In this document: positions 54,439 to 62,447 of the stretch, in pieces | Position numbering within the stretch: the stretch's first letter is position 1 | Layout of the letters: every line of letters starts with the position of its first letter | Notes under the pieces: model-generated | The model's database searches: none | What the model saw: only the letters and a program-made list of their open reading frames with translations | Told to the model about the DNA's origin: nothing | Program-made: the position numbers and the translations under genes | IMG/VR virus record: IMGVR_UViG_3300044616_001484 | Origin: an uncultured virus (IMG/VR IMGVR_UViG_3300044616_001484) | Taxonomy: Duplodnaviria; Heunggongvirae; Uroviricota; Caudoviricetes | DNA: 64,000 nucleotides | Strand: one strand, 5' to 3'

Positions 54439-55260
54439 TTATCCATTGTACCCAAAGTATCTATAAGAGATTTCAGACTTGGACCATGTTGCATTTGCTT
54501 CAGGAACATATGTTCCGGTTTCAAATTCGGTGAATACCAGACCCAACAAAGTTACAGACGATCCACCATTAGGTAAGTATCTCACAACAGTATCAGCGTC
54601 ATCATTTTTCTTTACAATAACTGTATTTAAAACACAAACTAATGGTTCACCAAGCCAATTTGCAGTAAGGTTTGCATCTCCACCCAGAGCTACGCCATTT
54701 CCACGTGTTACAGCCAGAGCCCACAAATTTTGTGGATATGATCTTTCTGGCAAATTAGATGCAATAGTTGGATATGAAGATTTTCTAAAAGTTCCTACAA
54801 TATTTTCAACGGCAATAGATTCGTCATTGCTTTTTGGAACTAAAACATATTGGAAAAAATATTGTTTTCTTCCTTCAGAAATCATTGTCATTTCTGCTAT
54901 ATTGCTAAAACGTCTGTAAGTAGATGTAGCAAACATTCTCTCATGATAAAACAAAGCGGGTTGCATAACTCTTGCCAGCATGTTTCCTGCACCCGATAAA
55001 TTGACTCCACCGCTGTTTGCCAATCCAGCTCTAGATAATATTGGTCCAACTGGATTGTTGTTACTTTCACCATAATTGTGTTGAATTGTGTACCCCGGCT
55101 CTTTTGGCATTGGTAACTGAAGGTGGGCAAAAGAACGGTTTATAACTCCAGAACGAGTACGTTCGAAGTTTTTTAATGAATATGTGGCAGAATAAAAATT
55201 CATCCACAACGGCTGTTCTGCAGCATAAACACCAAATGGATATTTATAGGTCGATGGCAT
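54439..55260 (-). CDS. gp48: Baseplate-tail tube cap
   Basis: YKYP, LPMP, R.Y.F.Y.LVPKS.DES..V..IV..FR...YP, L.FTE.E. Confidence 0.75.
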   Translation of the reverse strand: MPSTYKYPFGVYAAEQPLWMNFYSATYSLKNFERTRSGVINRSFAHLQLPMPKEPGYTIQHNYGESNNNPVGPILSRAGLANSGGVNLSGAGNMLARVMQPALFYHERMFATSTYRRFSNIAEMTMISEGRKQYFFQYVLVPKSNDESIAVENIVGTFRKSSYPTIASNLPERSYPQNLWALAVTRGNGVALGGDANLTANWLGEPLVCVLNTVIVKKNDDADTVVRYLPNGGSSVTLLGLVFTEFETGTYVPEANATWSKSEISYRYFGYNG

Positions 55261-55269
55261 CTGTAAAAG

Positions 55270-55293
55270 TATTTAGATAAAATTCGCTAAATA
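55270..55293. promoter_or_regulatory. Divergent pair of late promoters (TCTAAATA minus 55270-55277; GCTAAATA plus 55286-55293)
   Basis: TAAATA cores 9 nt before gp48 ATG and 5 nt before gp4 ATG. Confidence 0.65.
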
Positions 55294-55298
55294 ATTTT

Positions 55299-55715
55299 AT
55301 GGCATACCGTACCAAATACATCCCAAAAAATAAGGAAAAGTATATTGGTGATGCTGCAAACATTACATGCCGTTCTTTATGGGAAAGAAATATTTGTAAA
55401 TTTTGTGATGAAACTCCAAATATTGTAAAATGGTCTTCAGAAGAAATAGTAATACCTTATGAAAGCCCATTAGATAAAAAAATGCACAACTACTATCCAG
55501 ATTTTTTAATACAGGTAAAAACTGGAGATTTGGTCAAAACTATGATGGTTGAAGTAAAACCAAAAAAACAAACTTATTTGAAGGAAAATGCTTCAAAGAA
55601 AGAAAAAATAACTTGGATAATTAACACAGCTAAATGGAAAGCTGCAGAAATTTATTGCAATAAACACAATATGGAATTTAAAATAGTAACAGAAAAAGAG
55701 ATTTTCGCAAAATGA
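55299..55715 (+). CDS. gp4: Head completion protein (TnsA-like nuclease fold)
   Basis: P.N.EKY.GD, RSLWER, WSSEEI.IPY, HNYYPDF, VEVKP, N.AKW.AA. Confidence 0.93.
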   Translation: MAYRTKYIPKNKEKYIGDAANITCRSLWERNICKFCDETPNIVKWSSEEIVIPYESPLDKKMHNYYPDFLIQVKTGDLVKTMMVEVKPKKQTYLKENASKKEKITWIINTAKWKAAEIYCNKHNMEFKIVTEKEIFAK

Positions 55716-56275
55716 CCAATTCTATCGTAAATATAAAAAATTACTTTGATAGACACAAAGGACTTCAAAGAAACAACCGATACTCTTTATCCTTTGCTGG
55801 GTTGCCTACAACACTACCCCAGCTTCCCGAAGATGACATTCAGGCTTTTGCTGTATCAATGGGTGCAAGAGCTATAGATTCGATTGCAGATAACTTGGCT
55901 GGTTATGGTTCAGGCCGTGCAGTTCCAAGATCGCAAAGATTTGTTCCCGGTGTTATGTTAACATTTGCAATAACTAATGATAATTTTATTACAGACTTTT
56001 TTAATAACTGGTTTAACTTAATATACTCTGGCGGAAGAATAAAAGAATCATTGGATTCACCATTCCAACTTTCATTTTATAATGATATTATATACAACTC
56101 ACAATTAAAGGTAAAGCTGCTAGATCCAAATGGTAATGTTAATAGAGTTTATACTTTTTTTGAGATATATCCGCTAGAAGCTATACCAGTTGAATTAAAT
56201 ATGATAGAAACAAACAAGTACATGATTTATCAAGTATTATTAAATTACAGAGAATTTACATTTAAGGATTCATAA
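55712..56275 (+). CDS. Tail tube-like protein (gp19/gp54 family; likely tube initiator)
   Basis: G..R.NRY, V.LTF, FF..W, Y...EIYP. Confidence 0.7.
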   Translation: MTNSIVNIKNYFDRHKGLQRNNRYSLSFAGLPTTLPQLPEDDIQAFAVSMGARAIDSIADNLAGYGSGRAVPRSQRFVPGVMLTFAITNDNFITDFFNNWFNLIYSGGRIKESLDSPFQLSFYNDIIYNSQLKVKLLDPNGNVNRVYTFFEIYPLEAIPVELNMIETNKYMIYQVLLNYREFTFKDS

Positions 56276-56940
56276 TGGACAATATAGTTGAATTTTTAAA
56301 CGCTTCTATGCCAAAATACGAAACTGTTTTGCCTTTTTCTGGCAAAACTGTTTCTTTTTCTCCTTTTAAAGTAAAAGATGCAAAAAATATTGCAATTATT
56401 TTACAAGAAAACAATAAAAAACTTGCTCTCAAAGCAATGATTGACTTAATTAAGTCTTATTGTGAAGATTTTGATACTTCTGAGGCTTGTTTGGCCGATG
56501 CTGAATACTTATTTTTGCAAATAAGATCAAAAAGTGTTGATGAAGTTTTAAATTTGGTAAGAGATAATGAAAAAATACAAGTAAGTATATCAGAAATAAA
56601 GCCAAGAAATAAAATAAACACAGAATCTATCAATTTGGCATCTGGTATTGTACTTCATCTAAAAACACCAACAGTAAAGGATCTTCTAAAACTCCAAACA
56701 CTGGATAAAGAAGATCTAACAAAAGCATGCATAGAAAAAATTGCTATAAAAAATGAAGTATATAATGCAAATAAGTTTGTCCCAGAAGAAATAAAAAAAG
56801 TATTGGACAATCTACCACTATCGGTTATACCAAAACTAGATAAATTTTTAAAAGACCAACCAGAACTATATTTAAAAATTCCCTTTGACTCGGGGGAAAA
56901 GGAGGTATCTGGTTTATTAAATTTTTTTATCTATCGGTAA
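56275..56940 (+). CDS. gp26: Baseplate hub assembly protein
   Basis: P.YE..LP.SGK.V...PF.VKD.K, D.EYLFLQIRSKSV.E, C-terminal GL.NFF. Confidence 0.9.
   Translation: MDNIVEFLNASMPKYETVLPFSGKTVSFSPFKVKDAKNIAIILQENNKKLALKAMIDLIKSYCEDFDTSEACLADAEYLFLQIRSKSVDEVLNLVRDNEKIQVSISEIKPRNKINTESINLASGIVLHLKTPTVKDLLKLQTLDKEDLTKACIEKIAIKNEVYNANKFVPEEIKKVLDNLPLSVIPKLDKFLKDQPELYLKIPFDSGEKEVSGLLNFFIYR
56922..56928 (+). other. Candidate -1 ribosomal frameshift site T TTT TTT
   Basis: -1 frame is open from here into the gp51 ORF. Confidence 0.6.
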
Positions 56941-56951
56941 AGTTTTTTGAT

Positions 56952-57134
56952 TTGAGAAATTACTTTGTCACTAACTTTACCTTGATAAACAATTTTGGAT
57001 GGAGTCTTTTAGATATTGAAAACCAAATATACTGGGAACGGGATATTTATTTAAAATTGGTTGCAGATTACGAAGAACAGAAAAAACAAAAACAAATGCA
57101 AAAAATGCATGGCTCGGAGTATTTTAACTTATGA
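56952..57134 (+). CDS. gp51: Baseplate hub assembly protein, gp51-like (TTG start only)
   Basis: NYF.TNF.L....WSL.DIEN...WERDIYL.L. Confidence 0.8.
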   Translation: MRNYFVTNFTLINNFGWSLLDIENQIYWERDIYLKLVADYEEQKKQKQMQKMHGSEYFNL

Positions 57135-57565
57135 ACGAAGAAAATAATAATTTTTCAATAGACATTCAGGCTGAAGTGAATTCGATGGGGAACACCCAAG
57201 AAGAGCTTACAGGCGAACCATCTACAATAGTAAATGTTCTTAAAGATATACCTTTGCCGGAAACATCTTTTTACACTGCTACGGACGTTGATACAGGTAC
57301 TAGAGTTGCACCTCAAATAGCTATTATTGATAAAGACTTTAATATCAAGATGGATGCTGAAACAGCATATTCAAAAGCTGAAGAAACAGAAAAAAAATTA
57401 AAGGAAGTTAAAGATGGTATGTTGGATATGTATAATAATATGATGAATTCATGGTTGCCAAATAACAATAAAGATGAGTTTGAAGAAAGACCAACAACCG
57501 AGCCTCAAAATTTAATATTTGAAAATAGAAGAGATAGAATGAGTATGCCTCCAAAGTGGGCATAA
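57131..57565 (+). CDS. Acidic hypothetical protein at the expected tape-measure position
   Basis: ATGA-coupled to gp51; ends at a terminator. Confidence 0.6.
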   Translation: MNEENNNFSIDIQAEVNSMGNTQEELTGEPSTIVNVLKDIPLPETSFYTATDVDTGTRVAPQIAIIDKDFNIKMDAETAYSKAEETEKKLKEVKDGMLDMYNNMMNSWLPNNNKDEFEERPTTEPQNLIFENRRDRMSMPPKWA

Positions 57566-57569
57566 AATA

Positions 57570-57595
57570 AAAAAGGCCCCTTTCGGGGCCTTTTT
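57570..57595. terminator. Bidirectional rho-independent terminator
   Basis: AAAAAGGCCCC-TTTC-GGGGCCTTTTT between convergent genes. Confidence 0.92.
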
Positions 57596-58452
57596 CAATC
57601 CTTCTCCATCTCAGAGAAGTATTGCAGAGGATCCTTTTCCTCCACATCCTCAGTAACCAAGTTTTCTTCCACATCATCTTCAATACTCTTGTTTTCTGTA
57701 AACTGAGCACGGATATCATCACCAACAGACTTCTTGTAACGAGCGTTCAGCTCATCAAAGCTCTTGAACTGACTCTTATCAATAAATGCCTTAAGAGGAT
57801 ATTGCTTCTTCCAAATTTCTTCAAGCTTCTTATCCTCACCACCGAATAGAGGTGCTGCTGCAGCAAATTCGCTACGGTCGTAATTTACGTAACCACCAAC
57901 ATTGCGAATCTTAATCTTAAAGTCTGCACCAGTCCAGAAATTGAATGGATCAACTGCAACTTCGTCTTGAAACTCTGGGTGGGCAAGACTCTGAATCTTT
58001 TGAAAGATCTTTGTACCGTATTGATAAAGGAAAACCTTTCCTTTATTTTCTGGGTTAGCAGGATCTTCAATGACTAAAATGTTGGAAATGTAAGTCAACT
58101 TACGCTTACGCTGACGAGCAATGTTCTTGTCGTCTTCAATTCCGCTATTCCACAGTTCTGTGTTTGCTGCACAGACGGGGCACTTCTCCCCAATCGTAGT
58201 TGGGCAGTTCTCATAGAACCAACCACCCTTGCCCTTAAACGTGTGGCTGTATACTGCCACGAATGGGCTGTCTTCACCATCAATCTCAGGAAGGAATCGG
58301 ACAACCGCGTATCCGTTGCCAGCTTTATCGATACCCGGCTTCCAAAGCCGTTCATCTTTATAACCCTCCTTAGAAGTCATCTTATCAAGACGCTCTGTTA
58401 GGGCTGCGACTGAGTTCTTACTCTTCTTTTTAAAATCTGAAAAATTTGCCAT
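57595..58452 (-). CDS. gp32: Single-stranded DNA-binding protein
   Basis: DKAGNGYAVVRFLP, ENCPTT.G..CPVC, KIF.KI, GADFKIKIR.V.GY.NYD.SEF. Confidence 0.97.
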   Translation of the reverse strand: MANFSDFKKKSKNSVAALTERLDKMTSKEGYKDERLWKPGIDKAGNGYAVVRFLPEIDGEDSPFVAVYSHTFKGKGGWFYENCPTTIGEKCPVCAANTELWNSGIEDDKNIARQRKRKLTYISNILVIEDPANPENKGKVFLYQYGTKIFQKIQSLAHPEFQDEVAVDPFNFWTGADFKIKIRNVGGYVNYDRSEFAAAAPLFGGEDKKLEEIWKKQYPLKAFIDKSQFKSFDELNARYKKSVGDDIRAQFTENKSIEDDVEENLVTEDVEEKDPLQYFSEMEKD

Positions 58453-58497
58453 ATGTTTCTTTCCCCAAGGATCTACCTCGGCCTTAATGACTGATGT

Positions 58498-58525
58498 ATG
58501 TTACCTCAAACTCCAGATCAGTCAA
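58498..58525 (-). promoter_or_regulatory. Sigma70-like promoter TTGACT-N16-TAACAT
   Basis: Upstream of gp32. Confidence 0.65.
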
Positions 58526-58751
58526 CTGGTAATTTGCGGGTTTTTGAATTTTTTAATAAATGAAGATTGTGGGCTTCTTGTTCAATTTTTTCAATTAAAG
58601 GTTTTGTTAAAAGTTTTCCAGCTGCGGCTGGTTCTAAACCCATCTCTACTGAGAGTTCCAAAACACAATCCATAAAAGATAGATTTGTAGATTTTACTCT
58701 ATCTAAAACTTTATTTGAAAACTTTTCTTTGGCTGCTTCATCTATATACAT
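58518..58751 (-). CDS. gp33: Late transcription co-activator
   Basis: KFS..V......SFMDCV.......EP...KL.TKPL.EKIE.EA..L.LL....LP. Confidence 0.9.
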   Translation of the reverse strand: MYIDEAAKEKFSNKVLDRVKSTNLSFMDCVLELSVEMGLEPAAAGKLLTKPLIEKIEQEAHNLHLLKNSKTRKLPVD

Positions 58752-58757
58752 GGTACT

Positions 58758-58785
58758 AATCTACTGTTAAAGGGACTAAAAGCAA
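58758..58785 (-). promoter_or_regulatory. Sigma70-like promoter TTGCTT-N16-TAGATT
   Basis: -10 ends 6 nt before gp33 ATG. Confidence 0.6.
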
Positions 58786-58797
58786 TAAATAAAAGTA

Positions 58798-58805
58798 TCT
58801 AAATA
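58798..58805 (+). promoter_or_regulatory. Late promoter variant TCTAAATA
   Basis: Upstream of AAGGA SD and ATG 58842. Confidence 0.55.
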
Positions 58806-58841
58806 TTCCTAGAACTATTTAGACTCATTTAAGGAAGAAAT

Positions 58842-59819
58842 ATGCCATCACCATCACCGTTTGGTCCACAAGATGATAACGTAATTATTGAAACAGGCGG
58901 TTTGACATTCTTTGTCGCCACAGATTCTGTCGTATTTGCTGGTGTTACGGCACAGTTCCAATTACAAAAATTGGCATTTGGTCCTACTGGTTCTGCCCAA
59001 ATTGTTGACTCCTCCAATGGTCTTCCTGTAAATGTTATTGCTGGTGGTATAACAGCCAATCTAGTTGGATTCTGTGGTGCGGTTCAAGGTATTGTTGGTG
59101 GAACACCGGTAACTGTTGATGGAACAGTTTATGTTACTGGTATAACAAGCGCACCAGCCTATGTTAGAACTGCTTCAGGTTATCAAGTAGAAATCACAGG
59201 TGGTGTACCACTAAACAAAACAAAAGATGCAATTTCTGTATTCGGGCCATCTGGAAGCACGTGGATTTACTCCAATTTAGTAAATTCATCTGGAACAGAA
59301 ATTGGAAATTCTGCAAATCCAATGTTTGTTCAAATAAGTGGAGCAACAATCAATGCCCTTATCAATCCTATTGTGGGAGTAACAAATAGTGCTTTTTCTC
59401 CGTTGTTTATATCAGGTGTATGCGGAGCAACTGCAGTTTCAGTCAATGTCGGAAATACTGTTGGTGTAAATGATACCGCCATTCTTACGGGAATGACTGC
59501 AATTTACGGTCAACTTTTGTCATTAAATTTGGGATTGGCTACGGCAATGCCAACGGATTTCAAAACCGGAAGAACATCTTCTACATATCCAGCAGTACAA
59601 CAACTAGATTCTGGTTACACCTGTGGCAAGGGAGTTTCAATAAAGGCACTTTCAACCAACACAGATTTTGTTTATATTGGTAATTCCGGTTCTTTCTCTG
59701 GAAGCGTAGGTCACGCTTTAGATCCCGGTGATAGTGTTTTCTTGACAATTAGTAATTTAAATAAAGTTTACATTGTATCTGCAAGTTCTACACAGACAGT
59801 CACATACATAGCTTCATAA
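58842..59819 (+). CDS. Gly/Thr-rich putative virion protein
   Basis: Late promoter, SD, many G-x-T; C-terminal V.IKA...NT..VYIG...L.PG domain. Confidence 0.7.
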   Translation: MPSPSPFGPQDDNVIIETGGLTFFVATDSVVFAGVTAQFQLQKLAFGPTGSAQIVDSSNGLPVNVIAGGITANLVGFCGAVQGIVGGTPVTVDGTVYVTGITSAPAYVRTASGYQVEITGGVPLNKTKDAISVFGPSGSTWIYSNLVNSSGTEIGNSANPMFVQISGATINALINPIVGVTNSAFSPLFISGVCGATAVSVNVGNTVGVNDTAILTGMTAIYGQLLSLNLGLATAMPTDFKTGRTSSTYPAVQQLDSGYTCGKGVSIKALSTNTDFVYIGNSGSFSGSVGHALDPGDSVFLTISNLNKVYIVSASSTQTVTYIAS

Positions 59820-59823
59820 AATA

Positions 59824-61119
59824 ATGTTTAATCCTACATTAAATAATGTAAGAAATTATAAAAATTATGGTATTTCCGTATATGGAAATACCTATGATCC
59901 TGTATTCACAAAAGGTTGGTTAAATTCCAGACCAAATATTTCTATATCTGGAACAACTTGTTATTTTGATTACTCAAATATTTTTGATACATCTGATAGA
60001 ACTTTCTTAAAGAAGACTTTTGGTGTAATACCAGCAGGCACAACTTTTTATGTTTCAGATATACAATACTACGATGAAAATGCAAATTATCGAACCGTAG
60101 TAGGTGGAACATGTTTATTCAACTCCACATTTAATGATGGAAAAGTAATTATAGGAAATGTTGTAAGCGGATTTACATTTAATCAAAATTACAATTTCTT
60201 TAGTCAAGAAAATATTGTAACTGCTCCACAATACCAATTTTCTTACACCGGTTCTACGGGCTTTAACTATATTTTAAATCAATTCCCAAATGTAAATCAA
60301 ACCAATCTAAAAAGAATGGGATTTTTGGGAAATAAATTTAATTTTGAAGAATATGTTGAAATATCTGGAGCAACAGGATTGAATTACGGCAAGTTAAAAA
60401 TAGATTCTGTAATAACTCTAAAAGATTCTCAAGAAGCATTATATTTAACTGGAACTGCCCAAAATCAAAATCTAACACAAACTGCAACTGAACTAAAAAT
60501 GTTTATTCGCGGTGGCTCAGATGTTGATGAAATTCAAAAACCACAAAATGTTTTGGGAATTTACCGTATTCACAACTCTGATAACCAATTGGTAAATTGC
60601 TACGAAAACCAAAACGAATATCAAGTACATTTAAGAAAACAAACTTTGGGGTCTACTTATAGTGGTTATTGGGTTCAATGCGAATCTTGTCCAACAACAG
60701 TATACGGAGAAGATGTAGCAGTTGAAGACTTTATATCAAACATGTTGTTTGATAATATGTTGTTTGTTTATATAAACACAACAGTCACAACATCATTCCC
60801 CGATTTTACTCCTGTATACAATAGAACTTTGTTAACACAAAGAAACTTTACGGGAAATCCGCAAAATGCTTCTTCTCTCACATTCTCAATTAGAACAGGT
60901 CTAAAAATAGACTTGAGCCATTCATCTTTACAAAACTGGAACTTTGAAGTTTATATTGATCCTGCATATACAGTTCCTCTTTCGGTTGGATTTGTAAAAA
61001 CGGGAACTCCGGGTTTTAATAATGCTTTTGTTTTAGTACAAAGAAATGAAAATACCCCAAATCAACTTTATTGTAAATTTGTGGGTCCATCTGTTCTTCC
61101 ACTAACTCTTAGTATATAA
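59824..61119 (+). CDS. Putative structural protein
   Basis: Long ORF in same late unit; Asn/Thr-rich. Confidence 0.65.
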   Translation: MFNPTLNNVRNYKNYGISVYGNTYDPVFTKGWLNSRPNISISGTTCYFDYSNIFDTSDRTFLKKTFGVIPAGTTFYVSDIQYYDENANYRTVVGGTCLFNSTFNDGKVIIGNVVSGFTFNQNYNFFSQENIVTAPQYQFSYTGSTGFNYILNQFPNVNQTNLKRMGFLGNKFNFEEYVEISGATGLNYGKLKIDSVITLKDSQEALYLTGTAQNQNLTQTATELKMFIRGGSDVDEIQKPQNVLGIYRIHNSDNQLVNCYENQNEYQVHLRKQTLGSTYSGYWVQCESCPTTVYGEDVAVEDFISNMLFDNMLFVYINTTVTTSFPDFTPVYNRTLLTQRNFTGNPQNASSLTFSIRTGLKIDLSHSSLQNWNFEVYIDPAYTVPLSVGFVKTGTPGFNNAFVLVQRNENTPNQLYCKFVGPSVLPLTLSI

Positions 61120-61148
61120 AAAAAGCTCCGATTGCTCGGAGCTTTTTT
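61119..61148. terminator. Bidirectional rho-independent terminator
   Basis: AAAAAAGCTCCGA-TTGC-TCGGAGCTTTTTT between convergent genes. Confidence 0.92.
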
Positions 61149-61168
61149 CTAACGTGTTTGATTATTAA

Positions 61169-61405
61169 TCAGCGCGAACGATTACGAGCAACACGATAAT
61201 AAGAACGGCCATTGCGAGTCTCACGAACTACGGTGTAGTTCATATCAAAACGATCAAAAGCCTCACGGAGATCGTGCATGGTAGCACGCATGTTGCTGAC
61301 TCGGAAACGCTTCCGAGCCTCACCTGCTGTTAGCGTAGAGCCGCCACGCATGTAATCAAACACTCTTTGAATCTTAGTAGGACGATCAACTGTAGTAATT
61401 TCCAT
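61169..61405 (-). CDS. Small winged-helix DNA-binding protein
   Basis: TK.QRV..YM..G..LTA.EA..RF.V.N.RA.M.DLR; basic; AAGGA SD. Confidence 0.75.
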   Translation of the reverse strand: MEITTVDRPTKIQRVFDYMRGGSTLTAGEARKRFRVSNMRATMHDLREAFDRFDMNYTVVRETRNGRSYYRVARNRSR

Positions 61406-61436
61406 ATAAATTTCCTTTCTTATAAGAAGTTGTCAT

Positions 61437-61464
61437 AATATATCCCTTATACATCGTATGTCAA
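61437..61464 (-). promoter_or_regulatory. Sigma70-like promoter TTGACA-N16-TATATT
   Basis: Upstream of the winged-helix gene. Confidence 0.75.
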
Positions 61465-61471
61465 GTAATTC

Positions 61472-61479
61472 CCTAAATA
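61472..61479 (+). promoter_or_regulatory. Late promoter variant CCTAAATA
   Basis: Precedes AAGGAGG SD and ATG 61501. Confidence 0.55.
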
Positions 61480-61500
61480 ATTCTGACTGAAGGAGGCTCT

Positions 61501-62100
61501 ATGGGACAGAACAATCATCAGTTCGTAAAATTTGTGAGGCAACATCTCGCAGAATACGGTATGAAACTTATTATTGGCCGTGGAAAGCATGTAAATGTAG
61601 ATGGTTTCCGTTGTTCTGGCTATTTTGATGAATCTGGAAAGGCTATTGCCGTGGCAGGCAAAGCAAATGAATTTATGCATGTACTGGTCCATGAATATTG
61701 CCATTTTTTACAATATATAAACAACTCTAAAATTTATACCAAGTCCTATGATGCATCTTATATAGTTGATGCTTGGTTAAAAGGAAAAAATTATCCCATC
61801 AAAAAAGTAAAACGGGCTTTTTTTATTGTACGAGCCATGGAGAGAGACTGTGAAAGACGGGCTATGAAGATCATCAAAGACTTCAACCTAGCCATTAACA
61901 GCAAAATATATGCAAAACGAGCCCACGTATACATCTACAGCCACTTTTTGATGGAAAAAACTCGTAAATTTCACTCATACAAGCGAAATCCATACTATAG
62001 CAAGTATGTTTTAAAGATTATGCCATCGAATATGGCAGTTCTTAGCCATAAAACAATTCCACCGAAGGTTTATTCGGTATTAGAATCGTTTACAATCTGA
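61501..62100 (+). CDS. Basic zincin-like metallopeptidase (HExxH)
   Basis: GYF...I.VA, VLVHEYCHFLQ, downstream ERDCE. Confidence 0.7.
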   Translation: MGQNNHQFVKFVRQHLAEYGMKLIIGRGKHVNVDGFRCSGYFDESGKAIAVAGKANEFMHVLVHEYCHFLQYINNSKIYTKSYDASYIVDAWLKGKNYPIKKVKRAFFIVRAMERDCERRAMKIIKDFNLAINSKIYAKRAHVYIYSHFLMEKTRKFHSYKRNPYYSKYVLKIMPSNMAVLSHKTIPPKVYSVLESFTI

Positions 62101-62435
62101 GATTTTAAATATTTTGATACAAACAATTTAATATCTTCATTGTCATAGGGCCATCTGTCGTTTTTATCCATAAACTTATAATGAATCAATGATTCAATGT
62201 GCTCATCCATCATACGTAAAGATTCGTCATCAATTGCCCATTTAATTTCATCTTCTGTATTTTTAATTGGTCCAGTAGAACCATTTTGTTCTGCTACGAT
62301 TAAATCTCCAATTTTGGCAAGGTTGCCAAGAATTTCCATTGATTTTGCGCATTGAAAAAAAAGATCCTTTTTAACAGGATCTTCTTCTTTGCGAGCCAAA
62401 TTGCGAATTTCGTAAACTAGCTCTGGGATTTTCAT
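62070..62435 (-). CDS. Hypothetical protein
   Basis: AGGAG SD; overlaps convergent gene by 31 bp. Confidence 0.65.
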   Translation of the reverse strand: MKIPELVYEIRNLARKEEDPVKKDLFFQCAKSMEILGNLAKIGDLIVAEQNGSTGPIKNTEDEIKWAIDDESLRMMDEHIESLIHYKFMDKNDRWPYDNEDIKLFVSKYLKSQIVNDSNTE

Positions 62436-62447
62436 TTCAGTAACTCC

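Noticed and set aside
55299..55715. TnsA-like nuclease as a transposon
   Set aside because: Matches T4 gp4 head completion protein in structural context; no other Tn7 genes
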